DNA from: Bacillota bacterium
Lineage (GTDB): Bacteria; Bacillota; Sulfobacillia; UBA8153
Length of the DNA stretch: 64,000 nucleotides
Assembly (NCBI GenBank): GCA_040756655.1
Contig: JBFLYN010000010.1
Location: forward strand, 1,068 to 65,067
Direction of reading: 5' to 3'
Position numbers and translations under genes: made by a program. The notes beneath the pieces are model-generated. The model was not told the DNA's origin. It saw nothing but the letters and a program-made list of their open reading frames with translations, and did no database searches. Position 1 is the first letter of the stretch, and each line of letters starts with the position of its first letter. Shown piece after piece: positions 1 through 9,628 of this stretch.

Positions 1-35
1 TCGCGAGAGAGAACATTAGCCTGGACAAGATTACG

Positions 36-368
36 GTGTCCGAAGCCTGGGTTCGCGAGTTGAGAGCCATCGGAAAGGACATCTACATGGTTACCGTCTT
101 GGGCAACGATACTAAGTTCATGGTGACTATCGAGGTTTCCAGCCGTAAGGTACTCAACGCAGAAGAGTTTGAGGCCCTCGTCAAGGAAGACACCGAGAAG
201 ACACCCGCGGATGCTGTATACACCCTCTCACTGCCTGCTACCAGCGACGGCGACGAGGTTACCACTATGGCCCCGGCCCGGGACCTGCGGGCGGCTTACG
301 TAGCAGGAGTAGCGCTGGTTCTGCTGGGACTGGGGACGGTTCACATGAAGATCCGCAAGCGAGTGTAG
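36..368 (+). CDS. hypothetical protein with C-terminal transmembrane helix (reading frame stays open upstream to the window edge, so it may be the 3' part of a longer gene)
   Basis: ORF in track; hydrophobic C-terminus AYVAGVALVLLGLGTV; no stop codon in frame between position 3 and 36. Confidence 0.3.
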   Translation: MSEAWVRELRAIGKDIYMVTVLGNDTKFMVTIEVSSRKVLNAEEFEALVKEDTEKTPADAVYTLSLPATSDGDEVTTMAPARDLRAAYVAGVALVLLGLGTVHMKIRKRV

Positions 369-566
369 TATGCTGAGTCCCCAGGGGACAGGGGAGAGCC
401 CGGGCGTGGCAGCTGGGCTCTTTCTCCTTTGGGGGCGGCACAGTTACGGGGCGGGGTTCCCTTGGTTCATTTTCCCTTTGAGAGACGGTTGTGGTATAAT
501 CACGAGAGCAGGCTCGCCCGATTTAGGCTGGGCTGAACATCAAGCATAAGGTGGTGGTGGTTTGCC

Positions 567-1097
567 TTGCGTTATCTGGCCCGCTGGTTTTGCCCACATG
601 AATACCTGTCCTCGCCCCAGGAAGTCGATTTTCAGAGCCTAAGATCCCGGGGAGTCCGCGGACTCATCGTCGACCTGGACAACACCCTGGTCCACTGGAA
701 CCAGTACGTGGCGGGCCCGGAACTGCAGTTATGGTTCGAACAAGCCCGGGCGGCGGATCTGGCAGTGTGCATCCTTAGCAACAACCACCACGTGCAGCGC
801 ATTGCCGGCTTTGCCCATAGCCTGGAAGCGGATTTCCTGGCCCGGGCCGGTAAGCCCAGGCGTCGGCCGTTCAAGGCGGCCATGGACCTGATGGGCACAA
901 CCCCGGAAACCACCGCGGTCATCGGCGACCAGGTGTTCACTGACGTGCTAGGGGGGCGGAGGTCCGGGCTATACACCATCCTGGTACGACCCCGGAGTGA
1001 GCGGGAGTTCGTGGGAACCCGCTGCATGCGGGTCATCGAGCGTCACATCCTCAGGTACCTGGTGAAGGTCGGACTAGTGACGGCGCCCCGGCCGTAA
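567..1097 (+). CDS. YqeG-family HAD-IIIA phosphatase
   Basis: HAD motif I LIVDLDNTLV, motif IV GDQVFTDV; size ~176 aa typical of the YqeG family. Confidence 0.6.
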   Translation: MRYLARWFCPHEYLSSPQEVDFQSLRSRGVRGLIVDLDNTLVHWNQYVAGPELQLWFEQARAADLAVCILSNNHHVQRIAGFAHSLEADFLARAGKPRRRPFKAAMDLMGTTPETTAVIGDQVFTDVLGGRRSGLYTILVRPRSEREFVGTRCMRVIERHILRYLVKVGLVTAPRP

Positions 1098-1189
1098 CCC
1101 CGCCAGCACCCTCGCACACCCCCCGCATGCCCGTAAGCTACCCAAAACCTGTACAAGAAACTACAGGAGTTGCCACTTTATGACAGAAT

Positions 1190-2563
1190 ATGACATGGCA
1201 TGTAAGATATGATGAAGACCGGGTTACCGACCACGCTTACTCCCTTGTCAGTAATTGGTCCTTCATGCAGAAGGCGTTCACTACGATAGAACGGGTAGGT
1301 GCAGATGTCGCGTCAATCCTGGGCGGAAAGGGAGACGGCGGCCGCTTTCGCGACCGCGGGGCACACCCGGTGAGCCAGTCCAAGTGTACGGTAGACCTGA
1401 AGAGCATCGATAGCATCCTCAAAGAGACGGTGGCTGCTGTCCGGCAGTCTCGCGAGCAGATGTACGAGGTTGCGGAGCTGGCTCGGAACGAGTGCCTGAT
1501 GTTGGAGCGGGAGTTTCTGCAAGCCCAAGAGGAGGTTCACCAGGAGATCGTCCGGGTTGAGGAACTGGAAAAGGCCGACCGCCGGGCACGCGACCAGCTG
1601 GTGTCGGTGAGCCGGCAGTACCGGAAGCGGACGCACGCAGAGATCCAGGCGGCATATGAGGGTGCGCGGCAGGTGCATGCGCAACTAGAAGTGGCGCGGG
1701 AACGCGAACGCCATCTCCGCAAGCGCCGGGACGAACTGGCCAGAAGACTCAAGAACATGCGGGCCATGGCGGAGCGGGCCGAGGGCCTGGTTTCCCGGGT
1801 GGGAGTGGTCATGGAGTACCTAAGCGGCGACCTGGAGCACCTGAGCGGAAGAATCAGTGAATATCACCGTCAGCAGGAGGTGGGCTTCAGCATCATCCGG
1901 GCGCAGGAGGAAGAGAGACTCCGGGTGGCCCGGGAGATCCATGATGGGCCCGCGCAGACCTTAGCGGGAGTGGTGCTGAAACTCGACGTGTGCCAGAGGC
2001 TTCTTCAACGTGACCCTGAACGGCTGGCGCCAGAGCTGCGAGCCATTTCCGAGGCGGCCAGGCTTAGCTTGCAGGATGTTCGGAAGACCATCTTCAACCT
2101 TAGGCCCATGGCACTGGACGAGCTGGGGCTGGCAGCGGCCCTGCGGTCGTACGTGAGTTCCTACCGGGAACACACCGGCGTGGAGGTAGCGTTGTCGGTG
2201 GTAGGCCAGGACGAGAGGTTGCCTTTGCCGGTGGAAATCGCGCTGTTCCGCCTGGTCCAGGAGTCACTCTCCAACGTTGCCAAGCATGCTGGAACAGACC
2301 GGGCGGCAGTAGCGTTGGTCTTCGAACCCAACGGGATCACAGTCACTGTCCGGGACCACGGAAGGGGATTTCACGTGGACCCGGTGTGGCAGGGAGAGCA
2401 GGGCAACGCGTTTGGCATCATCGGCATGCGCGAGCGGGTCCAGATGCTGCGCGGTACCCTCAACATCACCTCAGCTCCGGGACAAGGTACCCTGGTCACC
2501 TGTGTTCTCCCACTGGAGGCTGGGGAGGGGGAGTCTAATGGCTCTAAGAGTGTTGATCGCTGA
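1190..2563 (+). CDS. degS: sensor histidine kinase DegS (cytoplasmic HisKA_3/HATPase kinase); start may be the internal ATG at 1265
   Basis: Collinear similarity to B. subtilis DegS across coiled-coil N-domain, H-box EERLRVAREIHDGPAQTL, LRPMALDELGL, ATP-binding GxGxG region; followed by overlapping degU. Confidence 0.8.
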   Translation: MTWHVRYDEDRVTDHAYSLVSNWSFMQKAFTTIERVGADVASILGGKGDGGRFRDRGAHPVSQSKCTVDLKSIDSILKETVAAVRQSREQMYEVAELARNECLMLEREFLQAQEEVHQEIVRVEELEKADRRARDQLVSVSRQYRKRTHAEIQAAYEGARQVHAQLEVARERERHLRKRRDELARRLKNMRAMAERAEGLVSRVGVVMEYLSGDLEHLSGRISEYHRQQEVGFSIIRAQEEERLRVAREIHDGPAQTLAGVVLKLDVCQRLLQRDPERLAPELRAISEAARLSLQDVRKTIFNLRPMALDELGLAAALRSYVSSYREHTGVEVALSVVGQDERLPLPVEIALFRLVQESLSNVAKHAGTDRAAVALVFEPNGITVTVRDHGRGFHVDPVWQGEQGNAFGIIGMRERVQMLRGTLNITSAPGQGTLVTCVLPLEAGEGESNGSKSVDR

Positions 2564-3212
2564 CGATCATGCCCTGCTCAGGCAGGGAGTCAGACAAGTG
2601 CTGGAACTAGAGGATGACATCGAGGTCGTGGGAGAGGCTGCCGGAGGACACCAAGCCATCGACCTTCAGCGTTCTCTCCGACCGGACGTGGTCATCCTTG
2701 ATATCTCCATGCCTGACCTGAACGGGGTCGAGGCGGCCGCGGCCATAAAGAGGCACGACCCGGATGTGGGTATAGTCATCCTGACCATTCACAGCGATGA
2801 CCCCTACGTCTTTGCCGCAGTGCAGGCCGGCGTGGCGGCATACGTGCTCAAGGACGTCAGGCCGGAGTTGCTGGTGCGGGCGGTGAGGGAGGCTGCAGCC
2901 GGTAGGTCGTACCTCAATCCCAGCGTGGCACACCAGCTTATGCGGGAATATGCTCGCCTGGCCACAGGGGGTGGGCGGACGCCCATGGCCGAACTGACCG
3001 GTCGCGAGACCGAGGTCTTGTCGCTAGTGGCCGCGGGCATGACCAATAGCCAGATCGCTCGTACGCTGTTTATAAGTGAAAAGACCGTCAAGAACCATCT
3101 TTCCCGGGTTTTCGAGAAACTAGGAGTATCGGACCGGACCAACGCTGCCCTGCTGGCGGTTCGGCATGGGCTCTCCTCGCCCCGGGTGAGGCAAGGGTCC
3201 TACGTCCCCTAG
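2538..3212 (+). CDS. degU: response regulator DegU (REC + LuxR/NarL HTH)
   Basis: Internal ATG at 2538 preceded by GGAGG-rich RBS; receiver motif LRVLIADDH...D; C-terminal LuxR HTH ETEVLSLVAAGMTNSQIARTLFISEKTVKNHLSRVFEKLGV; overlaps degS end as in Bacillus. Confidence 0.85.
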   Translation: MALRVLIADDHALLRQGVRQVLELEDDIEVVGEAAGGHQAIDLQRSLRPDVVILDISMPDLNGVEAAAAIKRHDPDVGIVILTIHSDDPYVFAAVQAGVAAYVLKDVRPELLVRAVREAAAGRSYLNPSVAHQLMREYARLATGGGRTPMAELTGRETEVLSLVAAGMTNSQIARTLFISEKTVKNHLSRVFEKLGVSDRTNAALLAVRHGLSSPRVRQGSYVP

Positions 3213-3351
3213 GACCCGCGTCGGATGACCCGGTATCCCATAAACTGATAGGATGGACATGCATACGCGATACGCGACCTGGGTGCTTCATACCCGCGTC
3301 GCGCGCGGAACCGGCGTCACGCACCACCCCCCGGGCGGCCGCCGGAACATG

Positions 3352-3380
3352 CCCGGGAGCAGGCTCCCGGGCTTCTTTTC
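3352..3380 (+). terminator. rho-independent terminator after degU
   Basis: GC hairpin cccgggagc-ag-gctcccggg followed by cttctttt. Confidence 0.5.
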
Positions 3381-3424
3381 GTGGCGGTCGCTGGTATACA
3401 GTGCTATAATGTGGGCGGGGGGGA

Positions 3425-5428
3425 GTGGTGTTGGCGCTGGTGCGCACGGCTTGCCCGCTGAACTGCTACGATACCTGCACTATGCTGTTGACGGTAAGAG
3501 ACGGCCGGGTAGTGGAAGTAAGGGGCGACCCGGACCATCCCGTCACGGCGGGGTTTGTGTGTCCCAAGGCCAGCGCCCAGCTGGAGCGCCACTATTCGTC
3601 CTCTCGCATCCTGCACCCTATGCTCCGGACGACCGGGGGGTGGCGGCGAATCTCTTGGCGGGAAGCCCTGGATATGCTGGCCGGCCACCTGGAACGGGCA
3701 CGTCGCGCCGGCCCCCACACCATCCTCCACTACCACGACCACGGGTCCAGCGGGCTGCTGAAGTCCCTCAGCCGGCGGTTCTTTAACGCCCTGGGCGGGG
3801 TTACTGAAGCCACGGGCAGCCTGTGCTGGGCGGCCGGTGTGGCCGCCCAGCGGTACGACTTCGGGCACCATCTTGCCCACGACCCCTCCGATCTTGTGCA
3901 TTCCCGCCTTATCATCCTGTGGGGCCGGAATCCAGTGCACACCAACATACACCTGGTTCCCTTCTTGCGACGGGCTCGCCACGCCCGCGTTGTGCTCATC
4001 GACCCGGGCTATTCGGCCAGCGCCGCTCTGGCCCATCAGCACCTGAAGCCGCGCCCCGGCACCGACGGGGCCTTGGCCCTGGCCTTGGCCGCCGAGATCA
4101 TCCGGCATGACCGGGCCGACCTGGATTTCCTGACTTCTTGTTGTCTTGGCTACGACCGGTTTCAGGAAGCTGCGCTGTCTTGGACCCCGGAGCGCGCCGG
4201 GACCGTGACCGGTGTGGACCCAGAGTCCATCGCCAGCTTGGCCCGGGGGTACGCAGGAGGACCGTCGGCTATCATCCTCGGCTACGGCATGCAACGGTAC
4301 AGCAACTCCGGGCAAACCGTACGGGCCATCGATGGCCTGGGGGCCGTGGCCGGGCAGCTGGGTCGGCCGGGCGGCGGGGTCAACTATGCCAACGGCTGGG
4401 CCGAGTTGACGCTGACTTCGCTTACCGGCCGGGAACTCCGGAAGCACCGGCAGGAGGGCATCCCCCGGGCGGCCCTGGCCGATGAGCTCTTGGGCGCCGC
4501 GGGCCGGGATATGCGCATGCTTGTAGTGACCGGCGCCAACCCGGTCAACCAGCTACCCGACGCTTCCCGTACCAGGCGTGCCCTGGCGACCATCCCCTTC
4601 AAGGTCGTCATGGACCTGCGCTGGAGTGAGACTGCCCAGGAGGCAGACTTGGTGCTACCTGCCGCTTCCTGGCTTGAACAGGAGGACCTGTTCGCCAGCT
4701 CCTGGCACAAGTACCTGACTTACGCCGAGCAGGTCGTGGCCCCCCGCGGAGAAGCCCGCAGCGAACCACAGGTGTTCTCCGAACTAGCCTGTATGCTGGA
4801 TCTGCCTGGTGACTGGCAGAGACAGGCGGGCGACTGGATCCAACTGGCATTGGAGCCCCTGGGCCTGGATGCCGCCGGTCTGAGGGGGAGCTGGTTTGCA
4901 AATCCCGCTGCACAGGATGTGCCGTGGAGCGACCGCTTGTTCATGACACCCAGTGGCCGGTTTGAGTTTGTGTCCGGGCTGGCGGTGAGCGAGGGGGCAC
5001 CGGCAGCCGCCGCTTACCGGGAGCCCGCAGAGGCGGGCTTGGGCTCAACCTGGGCCCCAACCTACCCGTTTTTCTTCTTGTCGCCGCGTCATCGAAATCA
5101 CACTCACTCGCAGTTTTACTCGAACATGCTGAGCGTAGACGGATTTCCCTCGGTGTTCCTGCACCCGTCAGCCCTGGCCCGGCTACGCATTAACCCCGGT
5201 GAGGTGGTGATTGTGTCGTCGCCCCGGGGATCGCTGCAAGGACGGGCACAGGCCCGGGCGGGGCAACGAGAGGACGTGGTCGTGGTTTATGAAGGCGGCT
5301 CAGTGCTTACCGGTGCTGGTGCCAACCTCCTGACCCCGCAGGGGTTAACAGACCTGGGCCTGGGGGCCAGGTTTTATGACTGCCGTTGCCGGGTGGACCG
5401 GGCCGTGGAGGAAGTGGCAGCTGGCTGA
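3425..5428 (+). CDS. molybdopterin (Mo-bisPGD) oxidoreductase family protein, substrate unknown
   Basis: N-terminal 4Fe-4S Mo-bisPGD motif CPLNCYDTC...C; 667 aa with molybdopterin oxidoreductase and C-terminal beta-barrel region; TGnTATAAT-like promoter (gtgcTATAAT) just upstream. Confidence 0.7.
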   Translation: MVLALVRTACPLNCYDTCTMLLTVRDGRVVEVRGDPDHPVTAGFVCPKASAQLERHYSSSRILHPMLRTTGGWRRISWREALDMLAGHLERARRAGPHTILHYHDHGSSGLLKSLSRRFFNALGGVTEATGSLCWAAGVAAQRYDFGHHLAHDPSDLVHSRLIILWGRNPVHTNIHLVPFLRRARHARVVLIDPGYSASAALAHQHLKPRPGTDGALALALAAEIIRHDRADLDFLTSCCLGYDRFQEAALSWTPERAGTVTGVDPESIASLARGYAGGPSAIILGYGMQRYSNSGQTVRAIDGLGAVAGQLGRPGGGVNYANGWAELTLTSLTGRELRKHRQEGIPRAALADELLGAAGRDMRMLVVTGANPVNQLPDASRTRRALATIPFKVVMDLRWSETAQEADLVLPAASWLEQEDLFASSWHKYLTYAEQVVAPRGEARSEPQVFSELACMLDLPGDWQRQAGDWIQLALEPLGLDAAGLRGSWFANPAAQDVPWSDRLFMTPSGRFEFVSGLAVSEGAPAAAAYREPAEAGLGSTWAPTYPFFFLSPRHRNHTHSQFYSNMLSVDGFPSVFLHPSALARLRINPGEVVIVSSPRGSLQGRAQARAGQREDVVVVYEGGSVLTGAGANLLTPQGLTDLGLGARFYDCRCRVDRAVEEVAAG

Positions 5429-5507
5429 TCTGAACTCACTAAACTAATGAGGTAGGGAGAGGACGGAACTGTTTGCTACCCATCTGGAATGTGGTGCCTG
5501 TGGCCAG

Positions 5508-6668
5508 GTGTACCCGGCCGGGCGGCCCGCCAATGTGTGTGGTGCCTGTGGCCTGCCCCTCCTGGTCCGCTACGACCTGGAGGCGGTGAGACGGTGCCTG
5601 AACCGAGAGGGGCTAGCAGGGCGGCCTGCCACCATGTGGCGTTACTCGGAACTGCTTCCCCTGCCCACCGGCTGCCCGCCGGTAACCCTGGGTGAGGGCA
5701 TGACGCCCATGTTAGAACTACCCGAACTGGGGCGCCGGCTGGGCTGCGTGGGGCTGGTCATCAAGGACGAGGGACTGTGCCCAACGGGCTCCTTCAAATC
5801 CCGGGGAGCAGCGGTCGGGGTATCCATGGCCAAGGCCCTGGGTATAACTCACATCGCCATGCCCACGGCGGGCAATGCCGGGGGGGCGTGGGCGGCCTAC
5901 TGTGCCCGGGCCGGGATCAAGCTCACCGTCGTCATGCCCGAGGATGCACCGGTTTTGACTATGCAAGAGTGCGTGGTCTACGGTGCCCACACCTACCTGG
6001 TGAAAGGGTTGATTTCCGACGCCGGCAAGATCGTCGGGCGGGCCGTGGCCCGCCACGGCTGGTTCGACGCGTCTACTCTCAAGGAACCCTACCGCATTGA
6101 GGGCAAAAAGACCATGGGCCTGGAGATTTTCGAGCAACTGGGGTGGCGGGTTCCTTCGACCATCATCTATCCTACCGGTGGGGGTGTGGGTCTGATCGGG
6201 ATCTGGAAGGCCGTGCAAGAACTGCAGTCTTTGGGCTGGCTGGAAAGAGGTCGTTTCCCTAGACTAGTGGCGGTGCAGGCCGAAGGGTGCGCTCCCATCG
6301 TCCGCGCCTACCAGGAGGGAGCCCGGGTCTCCCAGTTCTGGCACGGCGCCAGCACAGTGGCAGCAGGACTGCGTGTGCCCAAGGCACTGGGCGATTTCCT
6401 GGTTTTGCGGGCTCTAGCCGACACGGGCGGTACGGCCGTGGCTGTTTCGGATGGAGAGATCGAGCGGGTTCGGGCCGTGGCCGCCCGGTACGGCATGTAC
6501 GTGTGCCCGGAAGGCGCGGCCGGACTGGCTGCCATCCCTGCCCTGCGGGCCAGTGGCTGGTTGGAAGCCGACGAGGAAGTAGTGGTCCTCAACACCGGCA
6601 GTGGGCTTAAGTACCCGGGCGCGGGCCGCCCCAACCTGCCTGTGCTGGAAGTGAACGCCGAGATCTAG
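5508..6668 (+). CDS. thrC: threonine synthase-like PLP enzyme with N-terminal zinc ribbon; true start probably upstream (non-ATG, after RBS GGTAGGGAGAGGA at 5450-5462)
   Basis: PLP-lysine motif PTGSFKSRG, glycine-rich PLP loop, ThrC-type fold; upstream in-frame sequence encodes LECGACGQVY...CGAC zinc ribbon typical of archaeal/Thermotoga-type ThrC. Confidence 0.6.
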   Translation: MYPAGRPANVCGACGLPLLVRYDLEAVRRCLNREGLAGRPATMWRYSELLPLPTGCPPVTLGEGMTPMLELPELGRRLGCVGLVIKDEGLCPTGSFKSRGAAVGVSMAKALGITHIAMPTAGNAGGAWAAYCARAGIKLTVVMPEDAPVLTMQECVVYGAHTYLVKGLISDAGKIVGRAVARHGWFDASTLKEPYRIEGKKTMGLEIFEQLGWRVPSTIIYPTGGGVGLIGIWKAVQELQSLGWLERGRFPRLVAVQAEGCAPIVRAYQEGARVSQFWHGASTVAAGLRVPKALGDFLVLRALADTGGTAVAVSDGEIERVRAVAARYGMYVCPEGAAGLAAIPALRASGWLEADEEVVVLNTGSGLKYPGAGRPNLPVLEVNAEI

Positions 6669-6730
6669 ACACACCCTGGACTCCCCGCTGAAGAGGCCAC
6701 CGCCAGTTCTGGGCATACTGGAGCACGGAG

Positions 6731-7597
6731 GTGGCCTTGGTGTTGGTTAGATCACGTTTGGGTCACTGGTGGTCTCTGGGCACCGGTGTGGTGCTGGTGG
6801 CCGGGTCGGTGCTGGTGGGGCTGGAAATCATACGCCTGTACTGGGTAGTCGCGGCGCTGGGGGTGTGGGCGGCCGTGGGATACTTCTTGGACCGGGTGTT
6901 CTTCTACAGCCTGGCAGGCACCGTCCATGAGGTGCTCCTGCGCGACCTTCTCAAGGCTTCAGCCTGGTACCGCAAGGCCGTGGACTCTGGGTCCAGCGAA
7001 CCCCTCACCCAAGCCAGACTCGGCCATTATTCCCTGGTAGAAGGTGACCATGTTGAGGCCATGAGGCTCCTGGAAGAAGCGCTGATGCGTGCCCCGCGCC
7101 ATGTCCCGGCCCGGTTGGACCTGGCCTTGACCTATACCAAGCTGGGCAAGCAGGCCGAAGCACTTGAACAGGCCGGGCGCGCCCTGGCTATCCGGCCTTC
7201 TTCCTATGAAGCCTGGGCCGTGCTGGGCATGGTCCGGAAGCTCTTGGGCGACCTCCAGGGGGCACGCGTAGCTACCGCGCGCGCCCTGGAGCTCAACGAT
7301 GATCTGGCACTGGCACATAGCAACATGGGCGAAATCTTGTATCTCCTGGGCGTCCATGAAGAAGCCAAGCGCCACCTGCAGCGAGCGGTGACGTTGGCCC
7401 CGGATGTACCTGATGGGCACTACTGGCTGGGCGCCATCTACTTGGACGAGAACAATATTCCCCGGGCCCGGGAGGAGCTGGTAGAGGCCCTAAACCGCCA
7501 CATCCAGCAGGATTACCTGTCCAACGTGACCCGGCAGATGATCCTGGAGAAGCTGGCCCAGGTGTCGGGACCTCAGTCGGTCAGGACAAAGGCATAG
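6731..7597 (+). CDS. membrane-anchored TPR-repeat protein
   Basis: Two N-terminal TM helices followed by several TPR-like repeats (A/L/Y spacing, AWAVLGMVRKLLGDLQGA...). Confidence 0.5.
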   Translation: MALVLVRSRLGHWWSLGTGVVLVAGSVLVGLEIIRLYWVVAALGVWAAVGYFLDRVFFYSLAGTVHEVLLRDLLKASAWYRKAVDSGSSEPLTQARLGHYSLVEGDHVEAMRLLEEALMRAPRHVPARLDLALTYTKLGKQAEALEQAGRALAIRPSSYEAWAVLGMVRKLLGDLQGARVATARALELNDDLALAHSNMGEILYLLGVHEEAKRHLQRAVTLAPDVPDGHYWLGAIYLDENNIPRAREELVEALNRHIQQDYLSNVTRQMILEKLAQVSGPQSVRTKA

Positions 7598-9165
7598 TCC
7601 TCCCGGGCGTCCGCAAGTAGCCAGAAGGTCAGCGCAATCGAACGCTCTCTTCCCGGCGCCACGGCGGTGATCTCAACCAGCTGCAACCCCGGGTCCAGGC
7701 CTGGTGGCAGCAACCGCGACCCGCTCCACAGCTCTGGGCCCGCCACCAGTTCCAACAGCTCGCCATCAGAAAACCGGGCGAACACCCGGTTGACTATGGG
7801 CCAGGCCACGGCCTCTATTACCAGGCGCTGGCCGGGATAGCAAGTACCCGGGTAGAGCCACCCCATTAAGCCCAGGTCCCCGGCCACCTGGAACGCCAAG
7901 AGCGCGCCCCGGCTGGCTCCCGACGGAAAGTCCGCCTGTACCTTTATGGTGTAGGTGCCATCAGGCCAAGCTGGTGGCACCGGGTACGGGGCGAACCACT
8001 CGAGCCCACCACCGGTAGGCTGCCTTGCCAACTCCCCCTCAAGCTCTCCGTTGTTCCACCTGACTTGCCAAGCCGGGGTGCTGGTGTACACGTAGAGCGC
8101 CAGGTTTGAACCCGGCTGCGCCACTGCCGGCAGGACATGGCCCCATACCCGGTAATCTACGATATAGACAGGCTGCATCACCGACCAGTGAACCATGCCG
8201 TTCCGATCTGTCACCCAGCCCCGGGCGAAGTACAGACCGGACGGGAGAAGCCTACCCGACGCCTGGGTGCCATCCCACAGCACGCTGGCAGGCGGGGGAC
8301 CGGGTGTGGCCGGGATCGGGTTGAAGGTCCGGAGCACAGCGCCCCGGCTGTCGGTGATGGCCAGGTTCCAAGTGGTGACGTTGCGGTTCTTCAGGACATC
8401 CAGGTAGATCTCGACCAGATCGTCTATGCCGTCGCCGTCCGGGGAGAAAGCCGGAGGGACGACTCTCAGCAGCAAGACGCAGGACCGGTAAATGATGGTC
8501 ACGGCTTCGGCCCGGGTCATCAACTGCTGGGGGCGGAGGGTTCCGTCCTCGTAGCCCTGGACGATCCCCAGCCGGGCGGCGGCGGCCATGGCCGGCCTGG
8601 CGTGAGGCGAGACTGCGTGATGGTCGGGAAACATGTAGAGGGCCAAGGCCACCTCAGCCGGCGAGAGGGCCGATGCGTAGGGCTCAAGGCCCAGTCCCAA
8701 AATGAGCTGAGACACGGCGACCTCCCGGGTCAAGTGGTTTTCCGGTCCGAAGAACTGCTCGCCGGCAGGCAGTATTCCCCGGTGATAGGCTGCCGAGATA
8801 TGCCCGAAGGCAGGCTTGGTGGCATTGATGGTCAGACCCGTGGGCACATCCAGGTAGGGGACAGGCCATGATACCGGGTTGAGGCGAAAAGCCTTGGCCA
8901 GCAGCACGGCATATTCGGCCCTCGTCATCTGGCGGTTGGGCCAAAAGAGCGTATAGGCTCCATCCAAGAACACCCAGCCATCGGTGACCCCCTCTTCCCA
9001 CATGACCCACACGTAAGGGCGGGACCAATGGCCACCCAGGTCAGCGTACCAGGGCTCATGGGCCTGGGTGGGGCTGGAAAGCCCCAAAACCAGGCAGGTC
9101 GCCACTAACCACAACAGGGCCGACCAGCGCGCGGTGTGTTTCACGGGGCAGGCCTTCCTTTCCAT
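7573..9165 (-). CDS. secreted S-layer-homology (SLH) domain surface protein with Ig-like (FlgD/Big-like) domain
   Basis: Start reassigned to the internal Met at 9165, giving a signal peptide MERKACPVKHTARWSALLWLVATCLVLGLSSPTQA|HE; SLH motifs MTRAEYAVLLAKAF and MTRAEAVTII; PDGDGIDD calcium-binding/Ig-like motif. Confidence 0.65.
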   Translation of the reverse strand: MERKACPVKHTARWSALLWLVATCLVLGLSSPTQAHEPWYADLGGHWSRPYVWVMWEEGVTDGWVFLDGAYTLFWPNRQMTRAEYAVLLAKAFRLNPVSWPVPYLDVPTGLTINATKPAFGHISAAYHRGILPAGEQFFGPENHLTREVAVSQLILGLGLEPYASALSPAEVALALYMFPDHHAVSPHARPAMAAAARLGIVQGYEDGTLRPQQLMTRAEAVTIIYRSCVLLLRVVPPAFSPDGDGIDDLVEIYLDVLKNRNVTTWNLAITDSRGAVLRTFNPIPATPGPPPASVLWDGTQASGRLLPSGLYFARGWVTDRNGMVHWSVMQPVYIVDYRVWGHVLPAVAQPGSNLALYVYTSTPAWQVRWNNGELEGELARQPTGGGLEWFAPYPVPPAWPDGTYTIKVQADFPSGASRGALLAFQVAGDLGLMGWLYPGTCYPGQRLVIEAVAWPIVNRVFARFSDGELLELVAGPELWSGSRLLPPGLDPGLQLVEITAVAPGRERSIALTFWLLADAREDYAFVLTD

Positions 9166-9628
9166 AGGCCACTCGGCGCTCCGGGAGATGTGGTTCGACT
9201 CGACCATGTCCCGGTCCTTCCAAATTATGGTTTGGCGCGGGCCCCACAATCGCTGGTAGGCCCGGTGATAGGGCGAAACCTGTCGAGAAAAACCCTTTGA
9301 CACGTGTCATACAGGGGCATAAAATGACGGTGTCAGACCAAATTCTGGCAGGAACGGCAGAAGCAGGAAGGACGGCGGGGAAGTTTGTGGGCAGTCTTCA
9401 CCTTGCTGGTACTGGTGCACCGGGAGGGAGGTGAACTACCAGGGACAGGCGCGTGCGGGAAGGCGCCCAAGTCCCAGGTGGCCCTGGCGCAGCTCCACTC
9501 ACGGGTGAGTCTGCCTGCCTGAACCCAAAAAATTCAATAGCCACCGGCGCCCTCGCACTCGCCGTTCTTCCCTGGTTCTGCTGCCCTGGCCATCCGGTCT
9601 AGATTACCAACTGCCAAGGGGTGAGCTC

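Noticed and set aside
3253-3786. 177-aa + ORF upstream of and overlapping the Mo-oxidoreductase
   Set aside because: Gly/Pro/Arg-rich translation of a GC-rich promoter/terminator region; spans a terminator and a TATAAT promoter; no RBS.
3404-4447. 347-aa minus-strand ORF
   Set aside because: Antisense to a well-supported molybdopterin oxidoreductase gene; Pro/Gly/Arg-rich GC artefact.
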